The notes: generated by a model from the letters alone, not told the origin. A stretch of 64,000 nucleotides of DNA from an uncultured delta proteobacterium (GCA_963775425.1 CAVZJB010000016.1:1152001-1216000); one strand, 5' to 3'; counted from the stretch's first letter, positions 28,846-40,452 are shown. Translations and numbers: made by a program.

Positions 28846-30385
28846 ATGTCCGCCGAGCTCGCCATCGTCGGCCTCTTCGCCGTCGCGACCACCGTCGCGG
28901 TGCTGGCCCGACGTCTGCGCGTGCCCTACACCGTCGCACTCGTCCTCGCCGGCGTCGTCCTGGGCGGAAACGGCGTCCTCACGCCGCCGCACCTCACCAA
29001 GGAGCTGCTGTTCGCGGTGTTCCTGCCCGGGCTCATCTTCGAGGCCGCCTTCGCCATCGACGCCCGCGACCTCTTCCGCAACAAGCTCGCCGTCTCCTCC
29101 CTCGCCTTCCCCGGCGTCGTGGTCGCCACCGTCGCCACCGCCGCGGCCATCGTCGGCCTGGAGGGCGTCGGCAGCGGCTTTCCCTGGGGCCTCGCCTTCC
29201 TCTTCGCCGCCCTCGTGTCGGCCACCGACCCCATCGCCGTGATCTCCGTGTTCAAGGCGGTGGGCGCCCCGCACCGCCTGCGCCTGCTGGTGGAGGGAGA
29301 GAGCCTGCTCAACGACGGCACGGGCATCGTGCTGTTCGGCATCGTGCTCGAGGCCATCACCTCGGGGCACGTCTCCTTCGCCGGCGCCACCGTCGACTTC
29401 TTCCGCATCGTCGGCACCGGCGTCGCCGTCGGCCTCGGCGTCGGCCTCGCCATCTCCGAGGTCATCAAGCGCATCGACGACCCGATGCTCGAGACCACGC
29501 TCACCACGGTGGCGGCGTACGGATCGTTCCTCGTGGCGGAGCACTTCGAGGGCTCCGGCGTCATCGCCACCGTCGTCGCGGGCCTGTTTTGCGGCAACTA
29601 CGCGGCGCGCTCGGGGATGAGTGCGCCGACGCGCCTCGTCGTCGCGACCTTCTGGGAGTACACGGCGTTCGCCCTCAACTCCATCGTCTTCCTGCTCATC
29701 GGCTTCTCCGTGAGCTTCCACGCGCTGCTCGACGCGTGGCTGCCCATCGTGCTCGCGTTCGTCGCCATGACGTGCGGTCGGGCGCTCGTCGTCGTCGCCG
29801 TCACCATGGCGCTCAAGCGCACCCGCGAGGCCGTCCCGGCCAAGTGGGCCGCGGTGCTCACGTGGGGCGGCATGCGCGGCGGCCTCTCCATGGTGCTCGC
29901 GCTGGCGCTGCCGGACGAGGTCCCGCAGCGGGAGATGATCGTCGTCGTCACGTTCGGCGTGGTGCTGCTGTCCATCCTCCTTCAGGGCTCCACCATGGCG
30001 CTCCTGCTCAAGCGCCTGGGCCTCGCCCACGCGGCCACGGAGGAGGTCCGCGAGATTCGAGAAGCTGCGCGCGGCGTCGCGCGCGGCCCACGCCGCCATC
30101 GACGAGATCCACGCCGCGGTGTCGCGACGCGAGATCCTCCCCGCGTCCGGCGACGAAGCCAAGCGCCCGTACCTCGAGCGGCTGCACGACGCCGAGGAGA
30201 AGATCGAGGAGCTCGGCGCCGATCGCGTCCTCGAGGTCGAGCGCGCGGAGGCGGAGCGCATCGCCATCTTCGCCGAGCGCGCCGCCCTGCTCGACGCCGC
30301 CCGCGCCGGCACGCTCAGCGAGGAGGCGCTGCGGGAGCTGTCCGCCGACGTCGACGAACGGCTCATGCGCCTGCGCGAGAAATAG
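28846..30385 (+). pseudogene. CPA1-family Na+/H+ antiporter (NhaP/NhaG-like) with a +1 frameshift at about 30056
   Basis: SATDPIAV, EGESLLNDG and WGGMRGGLS motifs. The cytoplasmic tail (EKLRAASRAAHAAIDE...RLMRLREK) continues in another frame to 30385. Confidence 0.88.
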
Positions 30386-30666
30386 CCTCAAAGGGGTACA
30401 TTCGCGACGTCGGCTTCGTCGATGACCCGGCGGGGCTTGACGTCGGCTGCGTCGACGCCCCGGAGGGCGGGGGCTTGTCCCCCGCGTCGGAGAGGCCAGG
30501 CGGACGTAGCCGGTGCGTCCGACGCGCCCCACAAGGGGGCGCCCTACTCCTCGATGCCGTGCGTGCCGTGTCGACGCCGAAGGCGCGCGGCGCAGACATT
30601 CGCGGCGGGCACGACGTCGTCGTCGGCCAACGCTGTCCCGCCGAGAGTGTCGTCACGCCGCTGAGC

Positions 30667-31623
30667 TCAGCGCAAGAACAGCACGTACGCGAGCAGGTAC
30701 GCCGCGATGAGGACGGCGCCGGTCATCTTGTCGTGCCGTCCGCGCACGGCGATCAGCGCCACGAGCATCATGGCGGCGAGCGCGATGACGGCGCCGCGCA
30801 CCGCCAGCTCCTCGTCGACGGCGGTGGGGAACAACATCGGCCCGATGCCCACGGAGAGCGACGCGTCGATCAGGCACGAGCCGACGAGGTCGCCGACGGC
30901 GAGCTGGCGCTGGCCGCGGCGAACGGCGGTGATCTCCACTGCGAGCTCCGGCAGGGACGTGCCCACCGACGCGCCGAAGAAGCTCAGGACGTACTCGGGG
31001 ATCCCGGCCCACGCAGCCACCGACGACACCGCGTTGACGAGGACCGAGGCCGCCGCCCCCACGGCCGCGAGCGCGAGCAGGGCCGCCATCGCGTGGAAGA
31101 GCACCGGCCGGTGCTTGTCGTGCGTCGGGGCGCCCTGCTCGTCGTCGTTGTGGCCGCGGCGCTGGAGGCGCCAGGCCATGAGCGTGGCGGCGACCCAGAT
31201 GCCGACGAGGACCGCGCCGTCGGTGTGCGAGACGAAGCCGTCGGAGAACAGCCACAGCCCCGCGAGCAGCGCCGCCGCGGTCAACGCCGTCGTCAAGAGC
31301 GCGTCGCGCTTGTGAAGCGGCAGCGCCTTGTTGGCGATGAACGGGAACAGCCCGAGGATCAGCGCGCCCTGCGTGAACACGGAGCCGATGGAGTCGCCGA
31401 CGTTGATGTCGCCGTGCCCGAGGCGCGACGAGATCACCGAGTTCACGATCTCCGGCATGTCGGTGCCGAGCGCGACCAGCGTGATGCCGACGATGAACGG
31501 CGGCAGGTGCAGCCCCTCGGCGACGATCACCGCGTGCCGCACCGCGAACCGGCTCGCCAGGAGCATCGCCACCGCGGCGACGACGCCGAGGGCGATGAAG
31601 GCCAGGGCCGGCAGCTCGCTCAT
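30667..31623 (-). CDS. Na+/Ca2+ exchanger (CaCA family)
   Basis: Alpha-1 repeat ALGTDMPE...GDSIGS and alpha-2 repeat VGTSLPE...GDLVGS. Confidence 0.9.
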   Translation of the reverse strand: MSELPALAFIALGVVAAVAMLLASRFAVRHAVIVAEGLHLPPFIVGITLVALGTDMPEIVNSVISSRLGHGDINVGDSIGSVFTQGALILGLFPFIANKALPLHKRDALLTTALTAAALLAGLWLFSDGFVSHTDGAVLVGIWVAATLMAWRLQRRGHNDDEQGAPTHDKHRPVLFHAMAALLALAAVGAAASVLVNAVSSVAAWAGIPEYVLSFFGASVGTSLPELAVEITAVRRGQRQLAVGDLVGSCLIDASLSVGIGPMLFPTAVDEELAVRGAVIALAAMMLVALIAVRGRHDKMTGAVLIAAYLLAYVLFLR

Positions 31624-31757
31624 CGCGCTCGCGCATTGCACCGCGCGGGCCAAAAGCGCTCAGGCAGCGCGCGATTCGCACGCGCTCCGCGGGCGCGCCT
31701 CGCCTGCCCACGGGCGCGAGCGCGCCCGCTCGGGGGCGCGAGATCACACACGTCGCC

Positions 31758-34700
31758 TCAGCCCCCGACGGGGATGCAGGAGCACAGGCTCGGCTGGCAG
31801 AGCTCGCCCGCGGGGCAGCCGCCGCAGTCGGGGCTGCCGGTGGCGTCTTCATGGCAGACGCACGAGCACGTCGACGGATCGAGGACGCGGGTGGCGCCGC
31901 AGGCCTGACCGGTGTCGCAGACGCACTGGCAGCTCGCGTCGTCGAAGACGAAGCCGGCGGCGCAGGTGGCGGTCTGCTGACATGTGCAGGCGCACGCTGC
32001 CGTGTCGCACTGTTCGTTGGCGCCGCACGTGCCCCCGCAGTCGGGGCGGCACTGGACGGTGCACGTGGCGGGGTCGCAGCGCTGCGAGGGATCGAGCGTC
32101 CCCTGCCCGCAGTCGGCCGGGCACACGTAGCTGCACGTGGTCTGGTCCCAGACGAAGCCCGGGCCCGGCGACGGCGTCGTCGGCGTGTCCGAGCACGTCC
32201 ACGCGCACGCCGCCTGATCGCAGACGAAGTCCGGTCCGGGCTGCGGCGATCCGCAGTCCGCCGGGCACTCGCAGGCGCACGTCGAGCCGTTGCACGTCGA
32301 CGCGCCGTTGCAGCCGCCGCAGTCGGCGGGGCAACGGAACTCGCAGGTGGTCGGATCGCAGACGGCGCCCGGGCCCGGCGGCGCGGCGCCGCCGCAGTCC
32401 GCCGGGCAGACGTAGTCGCACGTCGAGGGATCCCACTGGAAGTTGGGTCCGGGCGGCACCGATCCCGGCGGCGGGTCGGGGCACTCGTATTCACAGGTGA
32501 GCGGGTTGCAGGTGAACCCCGGCCCCGGCGACGGCCCGCCGCAGTCCGCCGGGCACTCGCACGAGCACGTCGACGTGTTGCACTGGAAGTTGCCGTCACA
32601 GAGCCCGCCGCAGTCGGGCGTGCAGACGAAGTCGCAGACCTGCGGGTTGGTGTCGCACGTGGTCCCGGGCGGCGCATCGCCGCTGCCGCAGCCGTCGCAC
32701 TGGTACGTGCACGAGGTGGTGTCGCACGTCGAGAACGCGCTCGGCGGCGCCCCCGGGCACGCGTCGCAGACGTAGTCGCACGTCGGGCTCGCGCCCGTGT
32801 CGTCGCAGGTGAAGCCCGGCCCCGGCGGCGGGCCGCCGCAATTCGCGGGGCACGAGCACGAGCACGACGCCGTGTCGCAGACCTCCGCGCCGGGACACCC
32901 GCCGCAGTCGGGCAGGCACTGCGGGGTGCACGTCTGCGGGTCGCAGGTCTGCCCTGCGCCGAGCCCACCCGGCACGCCGCAGTCGGCGGGACACACACAC
33001 TGATCGTTCACGCAGACGAACGGCGACGAGCAGTTGCACTGCGGTTGACCGCCCTGCCCCTCGATCCAGTACTTGTAGCTGACGCTGATGCGCTTGCCGG
33101 CCTGGTCAAAGCCGGGGCGGCACGCGCCGAAGAACTGCACCGAGTTGGTGGTGCCGTCGTAGTCGAAGCCGTCGACGCGCGAGCGCGGGACCTCCTTGCA
33201 GCCGTTGGCGTCACAGCCGCACTCGCTGTTGCACTGCGACGCCGAGCCACCGTCGGCGAGGCAGGCGGTCTGACAGGAGCTCGTGCACTGCGCGGCGTCG
33301 ACGACCTCGGCGTCGGTGGCGATCTTGATGGTGGCCGAGACCGGCGGCTTGGTCAGCACGAACGGCGACGCCTGCGCGATGGACGAGCGCAGGATCTGGG
33401 AGATCTCGTCGCGGATGACCTCGGAGGGCGCGTTCAGGCAGTCGCCCCCGCCGGCGCCGGCGCAGTCGCCGTCGTTGTTGCACGCGGCGCCGCCGGTGAT
33501 GCAGGAGCCGGAGTTGTCCGCGGGGATGGCCGCCTCGATGCCGCCCATGTCCGACAGGAACTTCTGCCAGCGGGTGTTCATGTAGTTGCCGTTTTCGTCG
33601 GAGCAGTTGGTGCCGGCGGGGCACACGATGCCGTGGACCAGGACGCGCGAGGTGACCGGGTCGCCGGCGCCGTCGAAGTCCTGGAAGAACGTCTCCCACG
33701 CCGGCAGCGAGTGCAGCGCGATGGACTCGTTGACGGAGCCCTCGCTGTAGCGGCCGTCGGACTGCTCGTTGGCGTCGGTGATGAACACCACCACCACCTG
33801 CGCGCCGTCGCGGATCTTCTGATCGTCGACGACGCCGGCGGCGCTGCGCGGGAGCATCGGGAACGTCCCCGGCGGCGGATCGTAGGTGCTCGTGGCGGCG
33901 TACGAGGCGCGCGTGCCGTCGCGGCCGCAGGTCTCGCCGTCGAGGCCGCCGCCGAGCTCGCCGTTGGCGGTGTCGAGGCTCTGGTCGATGCCGTCGCCGT
34001 GGACGACGTTACCGGTGACGCAGGCGAACGGCCGGAAGAAGTTCTCTTCGCCGCTGCCGCGGGTGCCGAGGCCGCTCACGCAGTCCGACAGCGCCGCGGT
34101 GTCGGTGGTGAAGCGGCAGTACTTGGCCCGGTTGGTGTTGACGAAGTCGACGTTGTTCCAGTCGCCGAGCTTCTGTCCGGCGTTCCGACCGGAGCTCGAC
34201 ACGTTGTCGAGATCGCTGGTGATGACGGCGACGCGGAAGTCCACCGTGGACGCCGACAGCTGCGCGCCGATCTCCGCGCCCGACGCCGCCACCGCCTGCT
34301 GCTCGTTCCCCATGGAACCCGAGTTGTCGATGATGAGCAGGAAGTCCACGAGCTGCGGCGGCACCACGTCGAAGCGGTCGCACTGCGCGCCCTGGCTGTC
34401 GCCGAACTTGGCGATGGCCGAGCCGTTGGCGAGGTCGTCGACGCGGAAGAGCACGCGCTCGTCGCCGTTGACGCTGGCGGCGTTCGCCATGCTCATGACC
34501 ACGACGGTCTCGCCGCCGCTCCGGACGAGCACCTCGATCTGCAACGAGTACTGACCGGTCTCGGTGGAGCCCGCCGTGGACAAGAGCCCCGCCGGGCTGC
34601 CGCCGACCACGGCGGTGACGATGTCGTTCATGGACCTGGCGACGGTGTCGCCCGCCTGCGCGTCGGCCCAGACCACGCGCCCGATGACCGCGGGGAAGCC

Positions 34701-37700
34701 GTCCCACGTGGTGAACGACTGCGAGTTGAAGCTCACCACGGTGCCGACGCCGGCGGCGGCGATGGCCGCGCGGATGGTGTTGAGCTTGGCGGTGGCGTCG
34801 GCGCCGGCGAGGTCCTTTTGGAAGGCGGCGCCGGCCACCTGCGTGCCGTCGTCGAGCACCATGGCCCCGATGACGTTCCCGCCCGCCGCGTCCAGGAGCG
34901 TGGTGTCGGTGAACGTGGTGGGGGTGGCCAGCTCGAGGTTGGCGGTGGCGTCGGAGCGGGAGTCGACGAGGATGGGCTTGAGGTTCACCGCCGCGCACGC
35001 GTTGACGTCGCTGCCGGTGGCGTCGCCGCCGTTGTTCGGGTCGAGCTCGCCCGGGTCGACGGCGCCGTTCTGGTTGGCGTCTTCGGTGCCGTCGAGCACG
35101 CCGTCGCCGTCGGTGTCGCCGTTCAACGGGTTGGTGGTGGTGGCGCCCGCGTCGGCGTCCGTGACGCACAGGCCGTCGGTCACGCACTGCGGCGCGGTCT
35201 GCGGCAGCGGCGGCCCACCCGCGGCCGGCGACGGCGGCGCCGTGAGGTTCGTCAGGCACTGCGTGCCCGCCTCGAGCCCGTCGGTGAGGCCGTCGCCGTC
35301 GGTGTCGGGGTTCAGCGGATCGGTGCCGGCCGCGATCTCGGCGGCGTCGTTGAGGCCGTCGCAGTCGGTGTCGGGGCTCAAGGGATCGGTGTTGTCGAGC
35401 TGCACCTCTTCGCCGTCGTCGAGGCCGTCGCCGTCGGTGTCGGGGTTGAGCGGATCGGTGCCGAAGGTGTTGATCTCGTCGCCGTCGTCGAGCCCGTCGC
35501 CGTCGGTGTCGACGTTGGCGATACGCGGATCGGTCTCGCCGGCGTCGACGCGGCCGTTCTTGTTCAGGTCCTCACCCGCGGCGCACGTGCCGGCCACGGC
35601 GACGGGGCCGTCGCAGATGGCGTCGCCGTCGGTGTCCGCCGACGCGGGATCGGTCTCCTGCAGGCCGCCGGGGTTCGGCCCGGCCAGCGCGCCGTCCTGG
35701 TTCCTGTCCTCGGTGCCGTCGTTGATGCCGTCGCCGTCGGTGTCCGCCTTGAGCGGATCGGTGGTGGTGAGCGGGTCCGCGTCGAGCGGCGCGGCGGGAC
35801 AGTCGAGGGCGGTGGTGACGCCGAGCTCGAGGCCGTCTGTGAGGAGGTCGCCGTCGGTGTCTGCGCGCAGGGGGTTGGTGAGCGACGTGTTGCGCTCGAA
35901 GCCGTCGGAGAGCGCGTCGCAGTCCGTGTCCTGCTTGGTCGGATCGGTCTCGCCGGTGTCCACGCGGCCGTTGGCGTTTTTGTCCTCGCCGGCCACGCAC
36001 ACGCCGGCGACGGCGATGGCGCCGTCGCAGAGGCCGTCGCCGTCGGTGTCGGCGTTGTTGTCGCTGGTGCCGAGGAGCGCCTCGACGGTGGACAGCAGGC
36101 CGTCGCCGTCGGCGTCGACCTCGGGCACGCGCGGGTCGGTCTCGCCCGTGTCCACGGCGCCGTTGGCGTTCAGGTCCTCGCCCGCGGTGCACGTGCCGCC
36201 CACGGTGCGCGGGCCGTCGCAGCGGCCGTCGCCGTCGGTGTCCGCCGACGCGGGATCGGTCTCCTGGGTGCCGCCCGGGTTCGGCGCGCCGAGGGCGCCG
36301 TCGTGGTTTCGATCCTCGACGCCGTCGGGGATGCCGTCGCTGTCGGTGTCGGCGAGGGTGGGATCGGTGCCGGCCGCCGCCGGGTCGGCGTCGAGGACCA
36401 CGCCGGTGCAGCTCGTGCCGGCGACGGCGGTGGCGTGCGACGTCTCGACGCCGTCGGTGATGCCGTCGTGATCGCTGTCGGGGTTGCGCGGATCGGTGAA
36501 GGTGACGGCCCGCTCCTCGCCGTCCGGGACGCCGTCGCAGTCGGTGTCCGGCTCCTTGGGGTTTGTCTCGCCCGGGTCGAGCACGCCGTCGCCGTCGATG
36601 TCCTCGCCGGCGACGCAGGTGATGGCCCCCGACGACACGGTGCCCGCGCCGTCGCACAGGCCGTCGCCGTCGGTGTCGGGGTTCTGCGGGTCCGTGCCGA
36701 TGGCCAGCTCTTTGACGTCCGAGAGGCCGTCGCCGTCGCTGTCGGTGTCGGGGACGCGCGGATCGGTCTCGTTGGGACCGACGACGTTGTCGCCGTTGAA
36801 GTCCTCGCCCGCGACGCAGACGCCGGCGACGGTGGCGCCGCCGTCGCACAGGCCGTCGCCGTCGGTGTCCGGCACGGCGGGATCGGTCTCCTGCGCGCCG
36901 CCGGGGTTGGCGGCGGCCAACGCGCCGTCGTGGTTGAGGTCCTCGACGCCGTCGTTGAGGCCGTCGCCGTCGGTGTCGCGCTTGGTGGGATCGGTGAGGC
37001 TCGCGGGATCGGTGTCGATCTGCGCGAGGGTGCAGGCGGGGTCGGGTGACGAGACGGCGCCGCGCTCGAGGCCGTCGTTCAAGCCGTCGCCGTCGGTGTC
37101 GACGTCGAGGGGGTCGGTGCCGAGCGACACCTCGTCGGCGTCGGAGAGGCCGTCGCAGTCGGTGTCGGCGGACAGCGGGGAGCTCTCGCCGGGGTCGATG
37201 ACGCCGTTGGCGTTCGTGTCCTCGCCGGCGGTGCACACGCCGCTGACCGTGCCGGCGCCGTCGCAGAGGCCGTCGCCGTCGCTGTCGGGGTTTTGCGGAT
37301 CGGTGCCGTGGGCGGTCTCGAGGGCGTCCGGGATGCCGTCGCCGTCGCTGTCGATGGGGCCCGAGAGCGGGTCGAGCCCGAGGTCGAATTCGTCGCCGTC
37401 GGAGAGGCCGTCGCCGTCGGTGTCGGGGTTGAGCGGATCGGTGCCGATGATGCCCTCGAGGCCGTCGGACAGGCCGTCGCCGTCGGTGTCGGGGTTTTGC
37501 GGATCGGTCTCGCCCGGGTCGACGGCGCCGTTGCAGTTTTGGTCTTCGGCGCCGTCGGCCACGCCGTCGCCGTCGCTGTCGGTGCTGGTCGGGTCGGTCT
37601 CGCCGTCGTCCACGCGGCCGTTGTGGTTCTTGTCCTCGAGGCCGTCGTCGATGCAGTCGCCGTCGCTGTCGGCGACGGTGGGGTTGGTGGTGCTCGCGGG

Positions 37701-38150
37701 GTCGGCGTCGGCGGGGGTCTGCGCGCAACGATCGTCGATGGGCTCGGTGTGGCCGGCCTCGACGCCGTCGGGGATGCCGTCGCTGTCGGTGTCGGCGTCG
37801 GCGGGGTCGGTGGCGCCGCCGCCGGGCCAGGTGTCGCCGAACTCGTCCTCGTCGGAGATGCCGTCGCAGTCGGAGTCCACCGCGGCGTTTTGCTGGTTGT
37901 TCGGGTTCGGGTCGCCGACGAGGCCGGCGTCGGGGACGTCGCCCTCCCCTTCGCCCTCGCCCTCGCCTTCGCCCTCCCCCTCGCCCTCCGCCGGCGTGGC
38001 CGGCGCGCACTGCCCGCCGCCGCACGTGAGGCCGGTCCCGCAGTCGGCGTCCGTCGTGCACGTCGAGCCGACGGCGCCGCCGCCGCAGGTGCAGGCGGCG
38101 AAGGGCGCGAGGGCGAGCACGGCGGCGAGCAGGGCACGGGTCAGCGGCAT
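31758..38150 (-). CDS. cglD: CglD-like adhesin lipoprotein 2 (2130 aa)
   Basis: ATG at 38150 (MPLTRALL...FAACTC), a (GE)n linker, expanded DTDGDG repeats, [13 protein letters not shown] and a longer CPADC tail. It is clearly paralogous to 24353-28711. Confidence 0.7.
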   Translation of the reverse strand: MPLTRALLAAVLALAPFAACTCGGGAVGSTCTTDADCGTGLTCGGGQCAPATPAEGEGEGEGEGEGEGEGDVPDAGLVGDPNPNNQQNAAVDSDCDGISDEDEFGDTWPGGGATDPADADTDSDGIPDGVEAGHTEPIDDRCAQTPADADPASTTNPTVADSDGDCIDDGLEDKNHNGRVDDGETDPTSTDSDGDGVADGAEDQNCNGAVDPGETDPQNPDTDGDGLSDGLEGIIGTDPLNPDTDGDGLSDGDEFDLGLDPLSGPIDSDGDGIPDALETAHGTDPQNPDSDGDGLCDGAGTVSGVCTAGEDTNANGVIDPGESSPLSADTDCDGLSDADEVSLGTDPLDVDTDGDGLNDGLERGAVSSPDPACTLAQIDTDPASLTDPTKRDTDGDGLNDGVEDLNHDGALAAANPGGAQETDPAVPDTDGDGLCDGGATVAGVCVAGEDFNGDNVVGPNETDPRVPDTDSDGDGLSDVKELAIGTDPQNPDTDGDGLCDGAGTVSSGAITCVAGEDIDGDGVLDPGETNPKEPDTDCDGVPDGEERAVTFTDPRNPDSDHDGITDGVETSHATAVAGTSCTGVVLDADPAAAGTDPTLADTDSDGIPDGVEDRNHDGALGAPNPGGTQETDPASADTDGDGRCDGPRTVGGTCTAGEDLNANGAVDTGETDPRVPEVDADGDGLLSTVEALLGTSDNNADTDGDGLCDGAIAVAGVCVAGEDKNANGRVDTGETDPTKQDTDCDALSDGFERNTSLTNPLRADTDGDLLTDGLELGVTTALDCPAAPLDADPLTTTDPLKADTDGDGINDGTEDRNQDGALAGPNPGGLQETDPASADTDGDAICDGPVAVAGTCAAGEDLNKNGRVDAGETDPRIANVDTDGDGLDDGDEINTFGTDPLNPDTDGDGLDDGEEVQLDNTDPLSPDTDCDGLNDAAEIAAGTDPLNPDTDGDGLTDGLEAGTQCLTNLTAPPSPAAGGPPLPQTAPQCVTDGLCVTDADAGATTTNPLNGDTDGDGVLDGTEDANQNGAVDPGELDPNNGGDATGSDVNACAAVNLKPILVDSRSDATANLELATPTTFTDTTLLDAAGGNVIGAMVLDDGTQVAGAAFQKDLAGADATAKLNTIRAAIAAAGVGTVVSFNSQSFTTWDGFPAVIGRVVWADAQAGDTVARSMNDIVTAVVGGSPAGLLSTAGSTETGQYSLQIEVLVRSGGETVVVMSMANAASVNGDERVLFRVDDLANGSAIAKFGDSQGAQCDRFDVVPPQLVDFLLIIDNSGSMGNEQQAVAASGAEIGAQLSASTVDFRVAVITSDLDNVSSSGRNAGQKLGDWNNVDFVNTNRAKYCRFTTDTAALSDCVSGLGTRGSGEENFFRPFACVTGNVVHGDGIDQSLDTANGELGGGLDGETCGRDGTRASYAATSTYDPPPGTFPMLPRSAAGVVDDQKIRDGAQVVVVFITDANEQSDGRYSEGSVNESIALHSLPAWETFFQDFDGAGDPVTSRVLVHGIVCPAGTNCSDENGNYMNTRWQKFLSDMGGIEAAIPADNSGSCITGGAACNNDGDCAGAGGGDCLNAPSEVIRDEISQILRSSIAQASPFVLTKPPVSATIKIATDAEVVDAAQCTSSCQTACLADGGSASQCNSECGCDANGCKEVPRSRVDGFDYDGTTNSVQFFGACRPGFDQAGKRISVSYKYWIEGQGGQPQCNCSSPFVCVNDQCVCPADCGVPGGLGAGQTCDPQTCTPQCLPDCGGCPGAEVCDTASCSCSCPANCGGPPPGPGFTCDDTGASPTCDYVCDACPGAPPSAFSTCDTTSCTYQCDGCGSGDAPPGTTCDTNPQVCDFVCTPDCGGLCDGNFQCNTSTCSCECPADCGGPSPGPGFTCNPLTCEYECPDPPPGSVPPGPNFQWDPSTCDYVCPADCGGAAPPGPGAVCDPTTCEFRCPADCGGCNGASTCNGSTCACECPADCGSPQPGPDFVCDQAACAWTCSDTPTTPSPGPGFVWDQTTCSYVCPADCGQGTLDPSQRCDPATCTVQCRPDCGGTCGANEQCDTAACACTCQQTATCAAGFVFDDASCQCVCDTGQACGATRVLDPSTCSCVCHEDATGSPDCGGCPAGELCQPSLCSCIPVGG

Positions 38151-38275
38151 GAACACTCCGAAAGCACGTGGACCACAAATGTTACTGGACGAGGCCGATC
38201 GCGCGATCGAGCTTTCTCGGCGTGTCTCGAAACGACGACGCCGGGCCCCAGGCAGCGTTCGGGGATCCGCGCGCG

Positions 38276-39217
38276 GTGTGCACGCGCTTTCGCGTGCCGC
38301 CCGACTGCGACGGAAAAACACCCGCAGCGGTGCTCGCGCACAAGGTGCGCCGGCTGGGGCTCGAGCGTGCCGCGAGCGTCGTCGCCGGCGGTGATCTGCG
38401 CGTCGCCGACGGCGACGCGAGCCGCCCCGCGCTCGCGGACGAAGCCCTGCGGCGCGGCACGCTGCTGGAGCTGTGGCGGATGCCGCCCGACAGCGTCCCC
38501 GGCCCCGAGGAGCCCGCCCCCCGCGTCATCGCGCGCCGCGGATCGCCGGGCGCGGACGAGGTCGTCGTCGTCGACAAGCCCGGCGACCTCGCGGTCCACC
38601 CGTCGGCGCGCTACCTCCACCACACGCTCACCGGGTGGCTGCGCCGCGAGGGCATCGACGCCAACCCCTGCCACCGCCTCGACCGCGAGACCAGCGGTGT
38701 CCTCGTCTGCGCGTGCGGCGCCGACGAGGTGCGCTGGAAGACGGCGTTTTCGAAGGGGCGCGTCGACAAGGTGTACCTCGCCGTGGTGCGCGGGCTGCCG
38801 CCGGCGTCGTTCACCGTCGACGCCGCGCTCGCGCTCCAGGGCGATCGCGGCCTCGTGCGCATCCGCATGGTCGCCGGCGACGAGGCCGACGGCGCCAAGC
38901 CCGCCCGCACCGACGTCGAGCTCGTGCGCACCGACGGCGCGCGGTCCCTGGTCCGCTGCCTGCCGCGCACGGGGAGGCAACACCAGATCCGCGCGCACCT
39001 CGCCATCGCCGGCTTCCCCATCGTCGGCGACAAGCTCTACGCGATGGGCGACGCGTGGTTCGACGCATTCACCCGGCGCGCGCTGACGGACGAAGAGCGC
39101 GCCGCCCTCGAGCACCCGCGGCAGGCGCTGCACGCGCTGCGCGTCTCGCTCACGGACGAGGTCTACGAGGCGCCGCTGCCCGCCGAGCTCGACGCGCTCG
39201 TGCTTCCGTCGAGCTGA
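38276..39217 (+). CDS. RluA-family pseudouridine synthase
   Basis: [38 protein letters not shown] and QALHA. The start is inferred. Confidence 0.92.
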   Translation: MCTRFRVPPDCDGKTPAAVLAHKVRRLGLERAASVVAGGDLRVADGDASRPALADEALRRGTLLELWRMPPDSVPGPEEPAPRVIARRGSPGADEVVVVDKPGDLAVHPSARYLHHTLTGWLRREGIDANPCHRLDRETSGVLVCACGADEVRWKTAFSKGRVDKVYLAVVRGLPPASFTVDAALALQGDRGLVRIRMVAGDEADGAKPARTDVELVRTDGARSLVRCLPRTGRQHQIRAHLAIAGFPIVGDKLYAMGDAWFDAFTRRALTDEERAALEHPRQALHALRVSLTDEVYEAPLPAELDALVLPSS

Positions 39218-40452
39218 GCACCCGCGCCCGGAGCGTCGTCGACGCGCCGCACGAGCCACAGCGCGACGGGGAGCGCGGCGACGGAGACGCCGGCGCCGGC
39301 GAGATACGGCGTGGCCGTCCCCGCCGCGAGCAAGGTCGCGCCGATGAGCGGGCCGAGCGACCCGCCGACGTCGCCGCAGAGCTGAAAGAGGCCGACGGCC
39401 GCGCCGCGGTGCTGCGCGTCGACGAGCTCGCCGAGGAGCGCGAGCAGCGCGGAGCCGATCGCGCCCGCGCCCGCGGCGAGCGCGAACAGGCCCGCGCACA
39501 TGCCGGCGAGCCCCGGCGCCCACGCGACGATCACGAGGCCCGCGGTGAGCGACACGACGCCGGCCGCCGCCAACCGCGCGTGGTGCCGGCGGCGCGTCGC
39601 CAGGCGCGATGCCGCGAGCATGGTGAGCGCCGTGACGACGACGAAGCCGCCCATCAGCACGCTCGCGGTGATGTTGCTCCCGAGCGAGCCGAACGAAAGC
39701 GCGCGCGCCGCGACCACCAGCGCCAGCGTCGTCAGCATCAGCCCCTGCGCCGCGAACGAGGACGACGCGTTCAACAGACCCACCGCCGCCAGGCGCCGAT
39801 CGGACAGCGAACGCAGCACCACCCTGATCGGCGCGCGCGCCGCCGGCGGCGCGCGGATGTCGGGGACGAGCCAGAAGGCGAGGCCGCCGGCGGCGACGAT
39901 GGCGACCATCGCGGACTCGAACGTCGCGGCGTTGCCGAAGCGCTCCGACATCACGCCGCCGACGACGAGCCCGGCGGGCAGGCCGACCGTGATGGCGCCG
40001 CGCACCTGCGCCGCCGCGCGCCCCCCGAAGCGCTGCCCGCCGGCGTGCAGCGCGAGCGCCTGGCCCGAGACGAACACCGCCGCCGAGCCGGGGCCGTGCA
40101 GCGCCCGCCCGACGAGGAAGAACAGGCCGGGCCGCCCGGTGGTGACCCCGAGGAGGAAGAAGCCGAGGACGGCGAGCTGGATGACGAGGCCACCGAGCAG
40201 CAGGCGGCGGCCGCCGAGGCGATCGGAGAGGGTGCCGACGATGGGCGCGGTGAGCACGCGCCCTGCGCGGTTGGCGGCGAGGATGGCGCCGATGAGCCAC
40301 AAGGGGAGCCCGGCGTGTCTGCCGACGATGGGCAGGATGGGGAACGCGATGCCGCCGGCGACGCCGACGAGGAAGGCGCCCGGCGCGAGGGCGAGCGCGG
40401 TGCGATCTGCGCGCCGGCGCTGGGCGGCGACGTCGACGTCGCCGCCGGACAT
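39163..40452 (-). CDS. MFS transporter
   Basis: GTLSDRLGGRR (motif A) and about 12 TM segments. Confidence 0.88.
   Translation of the reverse strand: MSGGDVDVAAQRRRADRTALALAPGAFLVGVAGGIAFPILPIVGRHAGLPLWLIGAILAANRAGRVLTAPIVGTLSDRLGGRRLLLGGLVIQLAVLGFFLLGVTTGRPGLFFLVGRALHGPGSAAVFVSGQALALHAGGQRFGGRAAAQVRGAITVGLPAGLVVGGVMSERFGNAATFESAMVAIVAAGGLAFWLVPDIRAPPAARAPIRVVLRSLSDRRLAAVGLLNASSSFAAQGLMLTTLALVVAARALSFGSLGSNITASVLMGGFVVVTALTMLAASRLATRRRHHARLAAAGVVSLTAGLVIVAWAPGLAGMCAGLFALAAGAGAIGSALLALLGELVDAQHRGAAVGLFQLCGDVGGSLGPLIGATLLAAGTATPYLAGAGVSVAALPVALWLVRRVDDAPGAGAQLDGSTSASSSAGSGAS

Noticed and set aside
28714-31908. 1064-aa ORF suggesting an antiporter with a huge C-terminal extension
   Set aside because: The extension results from the frameshift at about 30056 and is antisense to the CaCA gene. 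The real tail ends at 30385.
24353-38150. Diversity-generating retroelement or shufflon behind the adhesin paralogy
   Set aside because: No reverse transcriptase or recombinase is present, and no adenine-specific template/variable repeat pair was seen.
24470-39086. Very long antisense and alternate-frame ORFs over the adhesin genes (for example 24470-29242, 31851-37049, 35572-38178)
   Set aside because: These are shadow ORFs caused by extreme GC3 bias and repetitive Asp/Gly codons. They are Val/Ala/Arg/Ser-rich with no motifs.
39163-39217. Convergent 3' overlaps (RluA/MFS; also 4033-4049 and 58144-58166)
   Set aside because: Short tail-to-tail overlaps are common in high-GC genomes where stop codons are rare.
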